Positions 27,401-38,124 of a DNA stretch of 64,000 bases are shown piece by piece (the stretch's first letter is position 1; each line of letters opens with the position of its first letter). Source of the DNA: Marsupella aquatica (lineage: Eukaryota > Plantae > Marchantiophyta). The translations under genes were made by a program, and so were the position numbers. The stretch spans positions 27,786,210 to 27,850,209 of the forward strand of contig OZ316893.1 in assembly GCA_973895155.1 (NCBI GenBank), in the 5' to 3' direction. Below the pieces are notes generated by a model. It saw only the letters and a list, made by a program, of their open reading frames with translations. It was not told the origin of the DNA and made no database searches.

Positions 27401-28030
27401 TTCAAGGATGACCTGCGTGAAAAGGACGACCAGCTCGACCAGACTTATGCCAAGATGAATAAGATGGAGTCTGTGGTCGTAGCAGAGCTCGACAAGGAGC
27501 TAAGAGCAACCCAGGAGGAGAGGGCTACCTTTAAGAAGGAATTGGAGGAAGCCCAGAAGGAATTGGGGGAAGCCCAAAAGGAGCTGAAGGAGGCGCGCAA
27601 GGACCTGGACGAGACCCAGGAGGAGTTGGAGGAAATCATGAGGAAGATGGAGAACTTACAGCGGCGGGTCGACAACCAAACAGAGCGGCTGAAGAAACAA
27701 GCCGTAGTATTTAAATGCTTGGCTTCATCAGGTCCAACTCCAATTGGGGCAACCCAGTTACCAGGGGTAGTATTGGCCGAAGGACAAGTCGAGACACTCA
27801 CCCCGGTACCGGAGGTAAGTGGCAAGGGAAAGGAACCGGCTGTCGAAATAAGGAAGAAGAAGAAGTGGAAACCTTCTGGGCTGGGTCTGGGAGTTATACG
27901 GCTTCTCAAGCCGTTGTGACCGAGAAGATTAACCCGGCACCAACCTCCGGCATCGACACGGCGATGGATCCACCAGTCCTAGGAAGTGGGTATGGCAAGG
28001 CCGGGACAACCAGTAATGAAGTCGAGGCTT
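24393..28030 (+). repeat. 3' LTR (truncated at ~3.6 kb), inverted homolog of 15954-20580
   Basis: Starts TGTGATGCCTAG; collinear with the reverse complement of ~17080-20580; similarity ends at ~28030. Confidence 0.88.
24509..28030 (+). pseudogene. LTR-encoded ~1150-aa protein, copy B
   Basis: ORFs 24503..25726, 25542..26612 and 26900..27919 are homologous to copy A; its lesions are at different positions from those in copy A. Confidence 0.8.
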
Positions 28031-28559
28031 CCTTTGGGAAAGTTGCTTGAGTTTGGCTTGAATTGTGGCCATTACCTACCAGGGGAGCCTAGGGTTAGAT
28101 TTCAGCTCATTCTACTTGTCTGATGCGGACGGTACGCGGAGGCAGCAAACTAACAATGGCAAAAATCTGGAATACTGCATGCATTCTTCTGAAGTGTATT
28201 GCTTTTGACTTCAGTGTGATAACTGAAAATTAAAGATCAAATTTGTTTTGTACAGTCAATTCTGCAGAGAAGTCCTAAGATTGAAGTTTGGACCCTTGTT
28301 GTCAAGGATCTAGAGTCAAGTATTCAATGTCTAGTTATTGTGGATGAAGGTTTGACACTGGCACCTATAGTGGTTCCTCCTCCAGTGTGAGGAACCCCAC
28401 TCTGAGGACACCCACCAAAAGTTCCAATTTGACACCGTCAAGTACTCCAACAAAGGGTAGGAGTACCAGTAAAATTCTGGAAGATCTTATGAAGGTCCTG
28501 AATGATGTTGATTTAGACAATTGGATAGGCTAGCTCTCTCACTGCACTTTAGGTTGCAG

Positions 28560-28803
28560 CCCGGGGGGGTCACTATATGGAGGGTCATGCACATCACGTG
28601 CAACGGTTTGGGTCATTTATGACCCTGTTAAGTCACTTTCTACAAAGTTGTACGACCACTATCCCTTGATGACATTATGCATTTTGCAATTAAATAACCC
28701 TATGTTTCCATTCAAGACTTAATAAGTCTTCCGCCAAAACCATTTAAATGGCCCTATACTTCGTTGCACCAATCCTTAACAACAATACTACACCATCCCC
28801 GAG
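28560..28803. mobile_element. Diverged member of the CCCGGGGG-TIR MITE group
   Basis: Starts CCCGGGGGGGTCACTATATGGA, like the right end of the 5497/46664 copies; contains CACATCACGTG; ends CCCCGAG. No TSD recognised. Confidence 0.5.
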
Positions 28804-31800
28804 TGTGTCCTTCACTTCCCTCCTTCTAAGCTTGACAACAAATAGTCTGTTAATTTTCATGGGCAATTTAGCTTATAGCCACATTTCCTATAATCAAATG
28901 TGTTACCTAGTAGGTGACAAGAGAATATGCCCAGGAGAGGGTGTTAGTGGCGTGATAATAGATCACTATATACCTTGTGCTTCTTTTAGCTAGTGATATT
29001 TGTCTCCATGGTGGACAACCACCACACCACCAGGCTTGACTGCTCTTGAGAGTTCTGTTAGACAAGCAAAAATAGTGGTGTCTTAGCAACAGATATTCTC
29101 AAGTATGTATGGCTAAAAAATCACTCGATTCATTTAAATTGGAATTTTCTTTGATCTTTGTACATTTGGGCACTAAAATACAATTATTATTTTTAGGCAC
29201 AAGAGTGGTACATTTGAGTAGTGAAAGCTGTAAATAGGGCACCAATGTTCAATAAAAATTTAGGGGAGAAAAAAGTTTTTATTGGGGAAAAGGAATATCA
29301 TTTTGGTTTTAAAGAAAAACATTTGGCCATGTGGTAAAAATGTAAAATTGGTTGGATAATCAAGCAACATTTGCCAAACTTTGCCTTTAGCTGTAGTTGG
29401 ATTTGCCAGATCTCTGAAGATTTGATGGCTGTCGTTAAGATCATGAAAAAATTAAGGCTTTTGAGAACTCTCATTTAATTATATTAATTTATTCTCACCT
29501 TTGTATTTTTACTACTTAGCTGTCCCCCTCACTGGATTTCTTATGCAAATTCATTCTAAATAAAACCTACCACAATGAATGTCCCATGTTAGGCATTTAC
29601 TCAAGGAGTTACTATTCAATCATGGCTTTTAGGCTGACCTTAGTCGGGTGCTTGGCTAAGGTTAGGTGTGTTACTACTGGTGGATTGCATGATTGAGGAC
29701 TACCAAAGGAGGCAAAAATGTCTCCACTCCTTTTAAAAGTCCTTACACTGCCAACGGCCAAGATTAGGCTGATCTAAAGCAAAAAGTACTTTAACAAATC
29801 AAATACGTATGAGGCACATTCATTACTGTGTTGAGCTCCCGAGGGAACTCCTTTCTTGTCTCGACATGTATTTTATTGTTGGACAACTGGTTTTATGGGA
29901 GAGTGTCGGTGCTATTCATTCCCTTAGGACTTTTTGAAAACAAGGAGTCAGACTCCTTTGGACTTAGGTGCGGGACAGAGTAGTGGCAGATAGAAGTACT
30001 CGGGCGCTTTTGGTGTTCAAGATTCTTGTCTTTCCACTTGCAACTCATTGAGAAAGTATTGAAGCTGAGCCTTGTGGAGCGCAAATGGGTAGCAAAGTCC
30101 TCTAGAATTGCTGCATTCACGTCTAGCTACATGGGTTGAATTGATTTGAAGAGTAGTCGTGCGGTGTGAGCCCAGATGCAAAGGCCAATCAAGCGCGAAA
30201 AGGGACATTGATGTTCAACGCAAAAAGAAAGGCCTTGGTTGAGCTACAGATTTAATTTAGGGTCTAGAGCCTTCTCTTGGCGAATGACATTCAAATCTAG
30301 ACAGGAGCGACAGGAACAAGCAAAGAAAGAGGGCCAATCAAGCTGCAAATTCGATTACGTTGTGAGCTTGTAGGTTTGTCAATGACATTTGATACCGGAA
30401 GGGAACATTGGAAAAGAGCACAGAGAGGATGGTCGAGCAGTCACTCAATCACCAGGTGCCACTTTAAATCTTGCTTTGCTTTCGTTTGGAAATAGGATCT
30501 GAAGTTGCATTGGAATCAACAGAATTGAAATAGTTTAATAAATGCAGGTTCGCTTTTGTTTTTCAAGAGAACAGAACAGATCTAGGTTGCGTTGGCCTCA
30601 GGAAGGGTAGCAGGAGAGATTAAATGCGTTCAGATTTTGTGAGGTACTCGTTATAAATTGAAATGCATGGTATGTACTAGGTGACAAGGAAGTTCAATGT
30701 CAGGCTATCAAAGTGGGACTGTCAAAGCGGGACTACTGTGATTGTTTCAAGCCTTTGATCGTGACGATGTTGAGTCACGCGTGTTAATTTGCATTGCGCT
30801 CCTTGACATGCAAGCAAAGAGTGGGAGCAGGGGCCGTGCAGAGCTTTTCCGTCCCTTCTTTATGTTACATGAGTAGGCCAAAATGGTCACAATGAATCAG
30901 GTATCTGATGCCCTAGCAAGAGAGAAGCTGGAGAAGCGAAGATTGGCGAACCGCAAATCCAAGTTGAAAAAACAAGAGCAGATAGCAAGTGGTCAGCAAG
31001 GAGGTGGTCACCAACCATCTCTCTCTGATGAAATGATTCTTGAAGCACAAAAGCAATGCGATCTCATGATGGAGAGTGCAAAGCAACAATGCCAAGATTT
31101 AGTAATTGATGGCAACCGAAGGCGAAGAGAGATATTGGCTGCTGGGCAATCAGAGGTGATATTGGCTGCTGGGCAATTAGTAATGAGGCTCATGAAGCTG
31201 CCACTGTGGTCTTGCGTACAGCCCGAGAAGAAAGTGAAATTCTTATGGAGACTGCACATTCATGCCTTGCCGAGCTTTTAGAGTCTAGGCAGGGGTCCCT
31301 AAGTGCAAGCATTCTAGAACAGGATGCCCACATTCAAATGGTAGAACAGAGCACCCAAACTGATTGCAGACAAGTGCAGGCAGCCCACATTGGTCCACTT
31401 AATGAAGGTGAGCAAGATCACAACTCTGGCTGTGATCGCCAAGTGCAGCAAGCTGCCATGCTTGAGAAGAGAAGGAAGGATGCAGGCAAGAAGAGAATTG
31501 AATATGAAAGGACGAAGCGCTCTGCTGCTGATGACTGTGAAACTCCCAATCGAAAGCGTAGGTGTATTACAGCTGTCTCATCAGATATAGTTAGGTACAT
31601 TCTGGAGAAGACTGCTACATTCAATCTAGGTGCAAGGAGGGCAGTACTATCTGGGGTCTGGTTACACAAGTATTTGAAGAAGTACCAGCCGACACGACTA
31701 GGTTCACCTAAAGTAGATGGGGCTGTAGCTGCTGCATTGATTGATGTGAGAAAAACCTTGAGCATAGTGAAGCCAGGGAAGTGCAAAGACCACCTCGCTG

Positions 31801-32309
31801 CAAAGTACCAAGTTCTGTCAGCACTTGTAGGAAAGACATGTGTAGATAAAAGGCAGCAGACCTCTCTAGCGAAAGCTTTGGGTATACAACGGCAAAATCT
31901 TCATAGAGCATCTAAGATGAGGATACAGATTGATGCAGACAGTAAAAAAATGTATCCTATGGGGGAAAGAAAGGTACGTCGAGACAAGATTTCTGATGAA
32001 GTTCGAATCCAGGTGGAACACTTTTGGGAAACTCACACTAGGATTTCTCCATGTAAGAATAATGAAGCCAGATTGCGACTAGGATGGAAAATGGTTCAAA
32101 CACATCAAGTGCACTGGCTGGAGGATACACAGGTGAGAAACTCTATGTGATTGATGTAACTGTTATGTCCATTTTGCCAGATTTGATTGAACTCTTATCT
32201 CCACTCCTTGATGAGTAATTTTCCTTGTTAGTCAACCATTGTGATCGCTACCCAGTGTGTTGTAAAGGTAAGATTTGAATAAATTTTGTGGCCTAAAGAC
32301 TGTTAGTAG

Positions 32310-32835
32310 TCCCTAGTCAAGGACTATTAATAACTGACGAAGGACTATGGTCAGGACTGTAGTCCTTCCCCAAGGACCTTAATAGTCCTTTCTCAAGGAC
32401 TATACTCCTTTCTCAAGGACTTTACTCCTTTCCCCAGGACTGTGCTCCTTTCTAGTCCTTTCTCAAGGACTTTACTCCTTTTCCAAGGACTCTATTCCTT
32501 TTCCGAGGACTATAGTCCTTTGTTAAGGACTCTACTCCTTTTCCAAGGACCAGAGTCCTTTCTGAAGGACTCTACTCCTTTTCCAAGGACTCTAGTCTTT
32601 TCGTAAGGACTCTAGTCCTTTTCCAAGGACTCTACTCCTTTTCCGAGGACTATAGTCCTTTCTGAAGGACTCTACTCCTTTTCCAAGGACTCTACTCCTT
32701 TTCCGAGGACTATAGTCCTTTCTGAAGGACTCTACTCCTTTTCCGAGGGACTATAGTCCTTTCTCAAGGACTATACTCCTTTTTCGAGGACTATACTCCT
32801 TTTTCAAGGACTTTAGTCCTCTTCGATCCGAGGAC
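32310..32835. repeat. ~21-bp minisatellite of palindromic AAGGAC-N5-(G/C)TCCTT units in transposase intron 1
   Basis: About 20 tandem units such as AAGGACTCTAGTCCTTTTCC. Confidence 0.92.
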
Positions 32836-33138
32836 TCCTGTTCCAAGTTTTTAAGTCGAGTGCATTGAGTACTTGAGTCCTTCCAAATTGATTCTACTCC
32901 TTCCCTAAGAACTTTAGTCCTTCACCTCTCTTGGTAGAGTCTTCCAATAAGAGCTTGGACCCTTATTGAAGGACTGTAGTTGCAGGCAGAACTGAAGTCC
33001 TTCAGTAAGTAGTAGTACCCACATACATGGGTTTTTGTGGCTGCACATTTGAGGGTATCCGTTCCTAACAGTCTTTCTAACAAAAATAATGTATGTCTTG
33101 TATATGTATAGTTCCAATTTTTTTCAGCATTTTGTGAC

Positions 33139-33425
33139 CTCGGGGGGTTAACTAAGTGTATATTTTGGGGTACCACGTGCGATCCTAGCCTAATATAAAT
33201 AGACCTATTTTATAAAGAAAATATTCCAAGAATATTCTCTATTTTAAATATTAATAACCTATTTTACTTTATAAAGGGTATATATTAAAGAATATTCTAT
33301 AAACATGAGTTTATAATACCTTCTTTTGCCTCCTACGCATATAAAATTTTTAGTTAAAATCTGTCAAAAATACATATTTTGGATCGCACGTGGTTCCTAA
33401 GATTTTTGATAATCAACCCCCCGAG
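33139..33425. mobile_element. MITE, 287 bp, 8-bp TSD, inserted in Sola2 transposase exon 2
   Basis: Ends CTCGGGGGGTT / AACCCCCCGAG; inner IR ACCACGTGCGATCC / GGATCGCACGTGGT; perfect TSD TTTGTGAC (33131-33138 / 33426-33433). Removal restores FQFFSAFCD|WCTREQ. Confidence 0.93.
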
Positions 33426-36393
33426 TTTGTGACTGGTGCACAAGGGAGCAGAATGGGGTGTCTATAGGGATGCGGTCATTTATATACTTCAAGCCATATT
33501 ACGTTCGTAAGATGAAAGACAAAAATGTTTGTTGCTGCAAACAACATGTGGAGATGGACTTACTCAAAGAGGCAGTTAACAAATTCAGGCGGCACCAGCA
33601 CAGTAAGGACTGTCCTTGTGAATGTGATACCTGTAGACCCTTGGGTGTTGTACCCATCTCTTCTTGTATGGCATCTTCAAAGTCCATAACCTCAGTTTGT
33701 GGCTGGATAGAGGAAGCTCTTTGTCATAGACTGCCTGAGACAGAGTGGCACCAAAAAGCCTGTATTATGGGTGAATGTGAAGAATGTGGAGTAGAGAAGT
33801 TGGATTGGTGCACTCAAGAGCTGGACCCTGCACATAATCAAATGATCGAATGGCAGACATTTGAATATCGTGACCTGGATGACACTACCAAATAGAAGAG
33901 AGAAAAAAAGAAAGGGGCTGAAGAGAGTGCAACAAAGAAGTCTAGGCGATTGAGGATTATTTATAAGCAAACTCCCATGGTTGATTTTAAGAGAGCAGTA
34001 ATGGATACCATGAAGACATTTATTGTGCATAACTTTCGAGCCCATTGGCAATCACAACAGTTTAGACAATGTCTGAAAATATTTCCAAGAGGGACAATTG
34101 TTTCTTCAATAGATTTCTCCGAAAATTACACTTTTTTGCCTCAGAATGAGATTCAGAGTCAACATTGGGACAATAAGCAAGTGACATTGTTAATCCATGT
34201 TACCTATAGACACAGGGAAGATGCCAATTCACTTGAAGCTGCAGTTGGTAGGCCTGTGAAAGCAGCACAGAATGCTGATAAAACTCGTGATATTATAGCA
34301 GATTACCATTTCTACATTAGTGATGATAATTGTCATGACACTCTTTTTGTGCAACACTGCATGGATGCGCACTGGGAGTGGATGGCTAATCAGGGAATTC
34401 ATGTTGATCAACACTGGGTTTGGTCTGATGGGGCGGCATCTCAGTTCAAGGCCTGCAGACCATTTTACTACGTTAGTAGGTACTACTCCCGGTTTGGTGC
34501 ACGGATGAAATGGTTCTTCCATGCCTCTGGCCATGGGAAGGGTGTTGCTGTAAGTATCTACACCCAATTCTATGCATGCCTTAGTTGGTTTCTAATGAGT
34601 GATGTATCTACTGGAATTGGATGACCAAACTTGCAGTCTAAGTAAGAAACTTTCTAATCTGTGTTTCTTGTATGCTTTAATAGGATGCTCTTGGCGGCCA
34701 CATTAAGACCGGGCTTGCAACTGAGCAACTAAAAGGCATGAATGGTCATCGTCTAGAGGGTGCATCAGATGTGGTGAAGTTTTGCAAGGACAAGTTTGCC
34801 CTTGGTCAATTGCAGGAGTATGGTGAAGTGCTGCTTGTTCGACGTATATTTTGGGAAATTCCTGTTGGCACTGTAAATAGAAGGAAGAAGTGGGATTGTG
34901 ATCCAATCAAGGATTATAGATCTTTGCACTGCTTTGATGGATTTAGTAAGAGTCTGTCAACACTGTTGCAAGTTCGGGAGCTCTGTTGTTTTTGTGTAGC
35001 TTGTGTTGATGAAGATCCAATGAATTGTGAGAACAAGGAATGGGTAGGCAAGTATCGCCTGGAGATGATCAAAGGGGTATTGCAAGTAGATGTCAGAGTT
35101 GATGTGGAGAACATGGGAGAGGGCGAAGGACGGCTTGACAACATCTCTCTACCAGAATGTGTCCAATTGGGAGATTTCTATGCATGCTGTGCAAGTCAAC
35201 CAAATGAAGATAATGTAGATTTCTACATTTATCAGTGTGAAGAGGTGCTCCACACAGTCACAAAGAGTTTCACTGATGGGTACAAGGTACAATTCAAGGC
35301 AGGGGACCTGGCCTTAAAGGGAAGGTGGTTCCAACTATATCCAGGATCAGAAAACAAGTTTGTCTTCAATTCTGCTTCTCCTTTCAGCTACTGCCATCCA
35401 GGGGAAGTAATTCACATTCGATTTGGTTTGACACCATGTGAGGTGCCCAAGGGAGGCAAGGGACGAGGTGCTAGATTTTACACACTAGATTCAGACACTT
35501 TAGAAGCAATTTATGAATCGCTGCAAGTGTAGCTTCTGTAAAACTAATGGATCATGTTGTACATGAAGACATACAGAAGGTCATTGTAGTAGGGTAGGCT
35601 ACTATTTAGCATTTCTGAGGCTCCTACACAGAGAGATTGTAAAAAAAATCTTAAATTTAATGTAAGGCTATCAGTTCTTTTCCACCTTTATTTCATTTGA
35701 GGATCAATAGTATGTTGTTAACATGTGTTGGTGGCAACCTGTCGGACAAATGGAACCAGTAAGCTTGTCTAGTGCATTGGAATGTTCATTTTTTGTGGAT
35801 TTGTCCAGGATGGGCCAAGGCTGTAGCAGCATGCAGAATAGCTTCTTTTATTAGAGCATTAGAGGACTAAATTAACCTGCGGCATTCACACAGCTCAAAT
35901 TTCCCCCGTACTAAGGGTAACTGTGGCTAATGATCTTGCTGATGATCAATATTCAGTTGGCACAAGTTGAGAGCAACTAAATGTGGCTTTGTAATCATTG
36001 GCGCTTCAGCTTTACATTGAGCTAGTTACCTTCTGATTTTTCAATATTACGTGACATCAAGCTAAGTTTCAGTCGTTGTCATACAAAATGATAGAACATC
36101 ACGGATTAAAATTTATGTACACAGCTCTTTGAATGAGAGGAACAAACTTCCAATCACCACTGGGGCTGACGATTGTTGTTGCATTATGCAAGACGTGAGC
36201 TCACATATTGACCAACAGACAAAGGAGAGACTGAATCGTGGAGTACACAAAGTGACAGAAGATAAGGTGCATAAAATGCTCATCCTGTTACAATCAAAAC
36301 TAGGCTTTGAAGGCCTCAATCCAAAACAAAGTATCATTGAAGACACAGTTCATTGAACCAACCATCCTCAAACCCCTTGCTTGTAGAGGCTGC

Positions 36394-36981
36394 CTACTTT
36401 TTGATGCTAAAAGATCTGAACGAATCCACTCTATCTGACCCTAGGTCAACAACAACATTCTTTAGCCTGCTAAGGCCACCTAGCGCCACAGGTGACTCGT
36501 CTACTGGATCCTTGACTTTGCTTTCTTCAAAGTACAAAGCTCGAGACAGATCAGCTTCCCTGTCACCCTTGACATACCTGATTATCCAAGTCCCAGCCAA
36601 AACCTGATCCCTAATCTGGTCTCTCCTATCAATGTTTGAATCCCTGTACTCCTGGCCCGTGATCCCCATCAATTGCTGACCATTAGCTTCATTCACTTGA
36701 AGCACAATGTCGCCAACCTGCACAGCAAAACAGTACATGTATGTTCCTTCCCCATCCCTTGTACAGGTGTGTTGAAGTCTGCTGCGAGATCGAGGACCCA
36801 ATGGTGACTCGGGGTTCTGCATTCTCAACCTGCGTTTGTACTTCCCCAAAGTGCAGGGACGACCATCACTCAAAACTCCCCCACAGCCTTCATACGTAAA
36901 GCCTCCGACACATAGACCCCATATCCTATCAATCCTGACTTCGTGAAGAGTATCATACAGGCTAAGCTTCTCCATCTGCAA
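36394..36981 (-). CDS. RPA70 C-terminal-like OB fold with Zn ribbon (Sola2 cargo)
   Basis: FTYEGC..C..K..HTC..YMYCFAVQVGD..NEANGQQLMGITGQEY resembles Rep_fac-A_C (YxAC..C.K..C..Y.....D.....a..llG.sa.e). Confidence 0.55.
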   Translation of the reverse strand: MQMEKLSLYDTLHEVRIDRIWGLCVGGFTYEGCGGVLSDGRPCTLGKYKRRLRMQNPESPLGPRSRSRLQHTCTRDGEGTYMYCFAVQVGDIVLQVNEANGQQLMGITGQEYRDSNIDRRDQIRDQVLAGTWIIRYVKGDREADLSRALYFEESKVKDPVDESPVALGGLSRLKNVVVDLGSDRVDSFRSFSIKK

Positions 36982-37069
36982 AACTGAAGCACCTCATTCT
37001 CAGAAGCAAGAATTCAAAAGTGTCCGCAAAAGTTCCAGTTACAAGAAACCAGTTACAAGAGCCCCATGG

Positions 37070-37900
37070 ACGTCAAGTCCTTCCCTGAGTACTTGCAATC
37101 ATTCCCCCGGCCAGTACTTAAAGCCCTTTCCACAAGGATTTGGAGTCATTCCACAAGGACCCAGAGTCGTTCCAGGACTTTGAGTCCTTCAAAATCCTTC
37201 GATAAGGACTCAAACTCCTTTGGAGTCCTCCCACGAGGACGCGGGGTCCTTGCCCAAGGAGCCGGAGTCCTTTCTAGTCCTTTCTCAAGGACGTTTAAGT
37301 CCTTTGAAGTCCTTGCCCAAGGATTCTAAGTCCTTTCCCAAGGACTCAGAGTCCTTCCACGAGGACTCGGAGTCTTTTCCCAGGACTCTGATCCTTCCAC
37401 GAGGACTCTGACTCCTTGCCCGAGGACTCTGAGTCCTGCCCGAAGATGACTCGTAGTCCTTTACCCAGGACTTGCAGCCCTTGCCCAAGGACTCACAGTC
37501 CTTTCCCAAGTCCTTTTCCAAGGACTCGGGGTCCTTGCCCAAGGACTAGGAGTCCTTTCCCAAGGACTCTCAGTCCTTTCCCAAGGACTCTCAGTCCTTT
37601 CCCAAGTCCTTTCACAAGGACTCGGGGTCCTTCCCAAGGACTCGCAGTCCTTTCCCAAGGACTCGGGTCCTTTCCCAAGGACTCGCAGTCCTTTTCCAAG
37701 GACTAGGAGTCCAGTCCTTGCCCGAGGACCTCCGACTCCTTGCCGCCCGAGGACTCCAAGTCCTTCAAAGTCCTTCCACAAGAACTTGGGGTCCTTCAGA
37801 GTCCTTTGACAAGGACTCTATCATTGACTCTACCAAGACCCTAAGGACTGAAGCTCTTGCCCACAAACTTCAAGTCCTCACGCTAGGACTTGAACTCCTC
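37070..37900. repeat. Second array of AAGGAC-N5-GTCCTT palindromic units inside the Sola2 element
   Basis: About 30 units such as CCAAGGACTCGGGGTCCTT. Confidence 0.92.
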
Positions 37901-38124
37901 AGGCCCTACTGTCCAAGCTAATTTCAAACAAAATAGTCACGATTCTAGTCAAAGACATAAAGGGGAACGGTTTGAGATAGAAAACCAAAGTTACCTGCTT
38001 GATTGTTTAGACTCCGTTCACAGCTTTGGCTCTTGTTTTCCGCCCTGATTTTATCTACTGCACATGAAACGATATTCTTTGTTATTCAGTTCATAGTACC
38101 CAGAAAACCCTCAGATTCCATTTG

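Larger units (their letters stand above)
20779..28030 (+). mobile_element. Ty3/gypsy LTR retrotransposon (non-chromovirus type); gag and 5' LTR missing, 3' LTR truncated
   Basis: Order is protease tail - RT - RNase H - integrase - PPT - LTR; no chromodomain after the GPF motif. Confidence 0.92.
30883..35532 (+). pseudogene. Sola2-type DDD transposase, 3 exons, inactivated (frameshift ~31200, MITE in exon 2, TAG at 33893)
   Basis: IDFSENY..EIQSQHW..QVTL, SDD..HD, WSDGAASQFK, WFFHASGHGKGVA|DALGG (intron 34550-34683 restores the third Asp). Intron 32133-33111 is phase 0. Cys-rich CCCKQH / CEECG region. Confidence 0.88.

Noticed and set aside
15954-28030. Single DIRS-like or giant-TIR element with inverted terminal repeats
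   Set aside because: A DDE integrase and PPT are present, the left copy has its own TSD, and the two arms are diverged, so these are two insertions.
37066-37921. Several short ORFs (e.g. PFPRTR or ESLGKD repeats)
   Set aside because: Translations of the 21-bp palindromic minisatellite.
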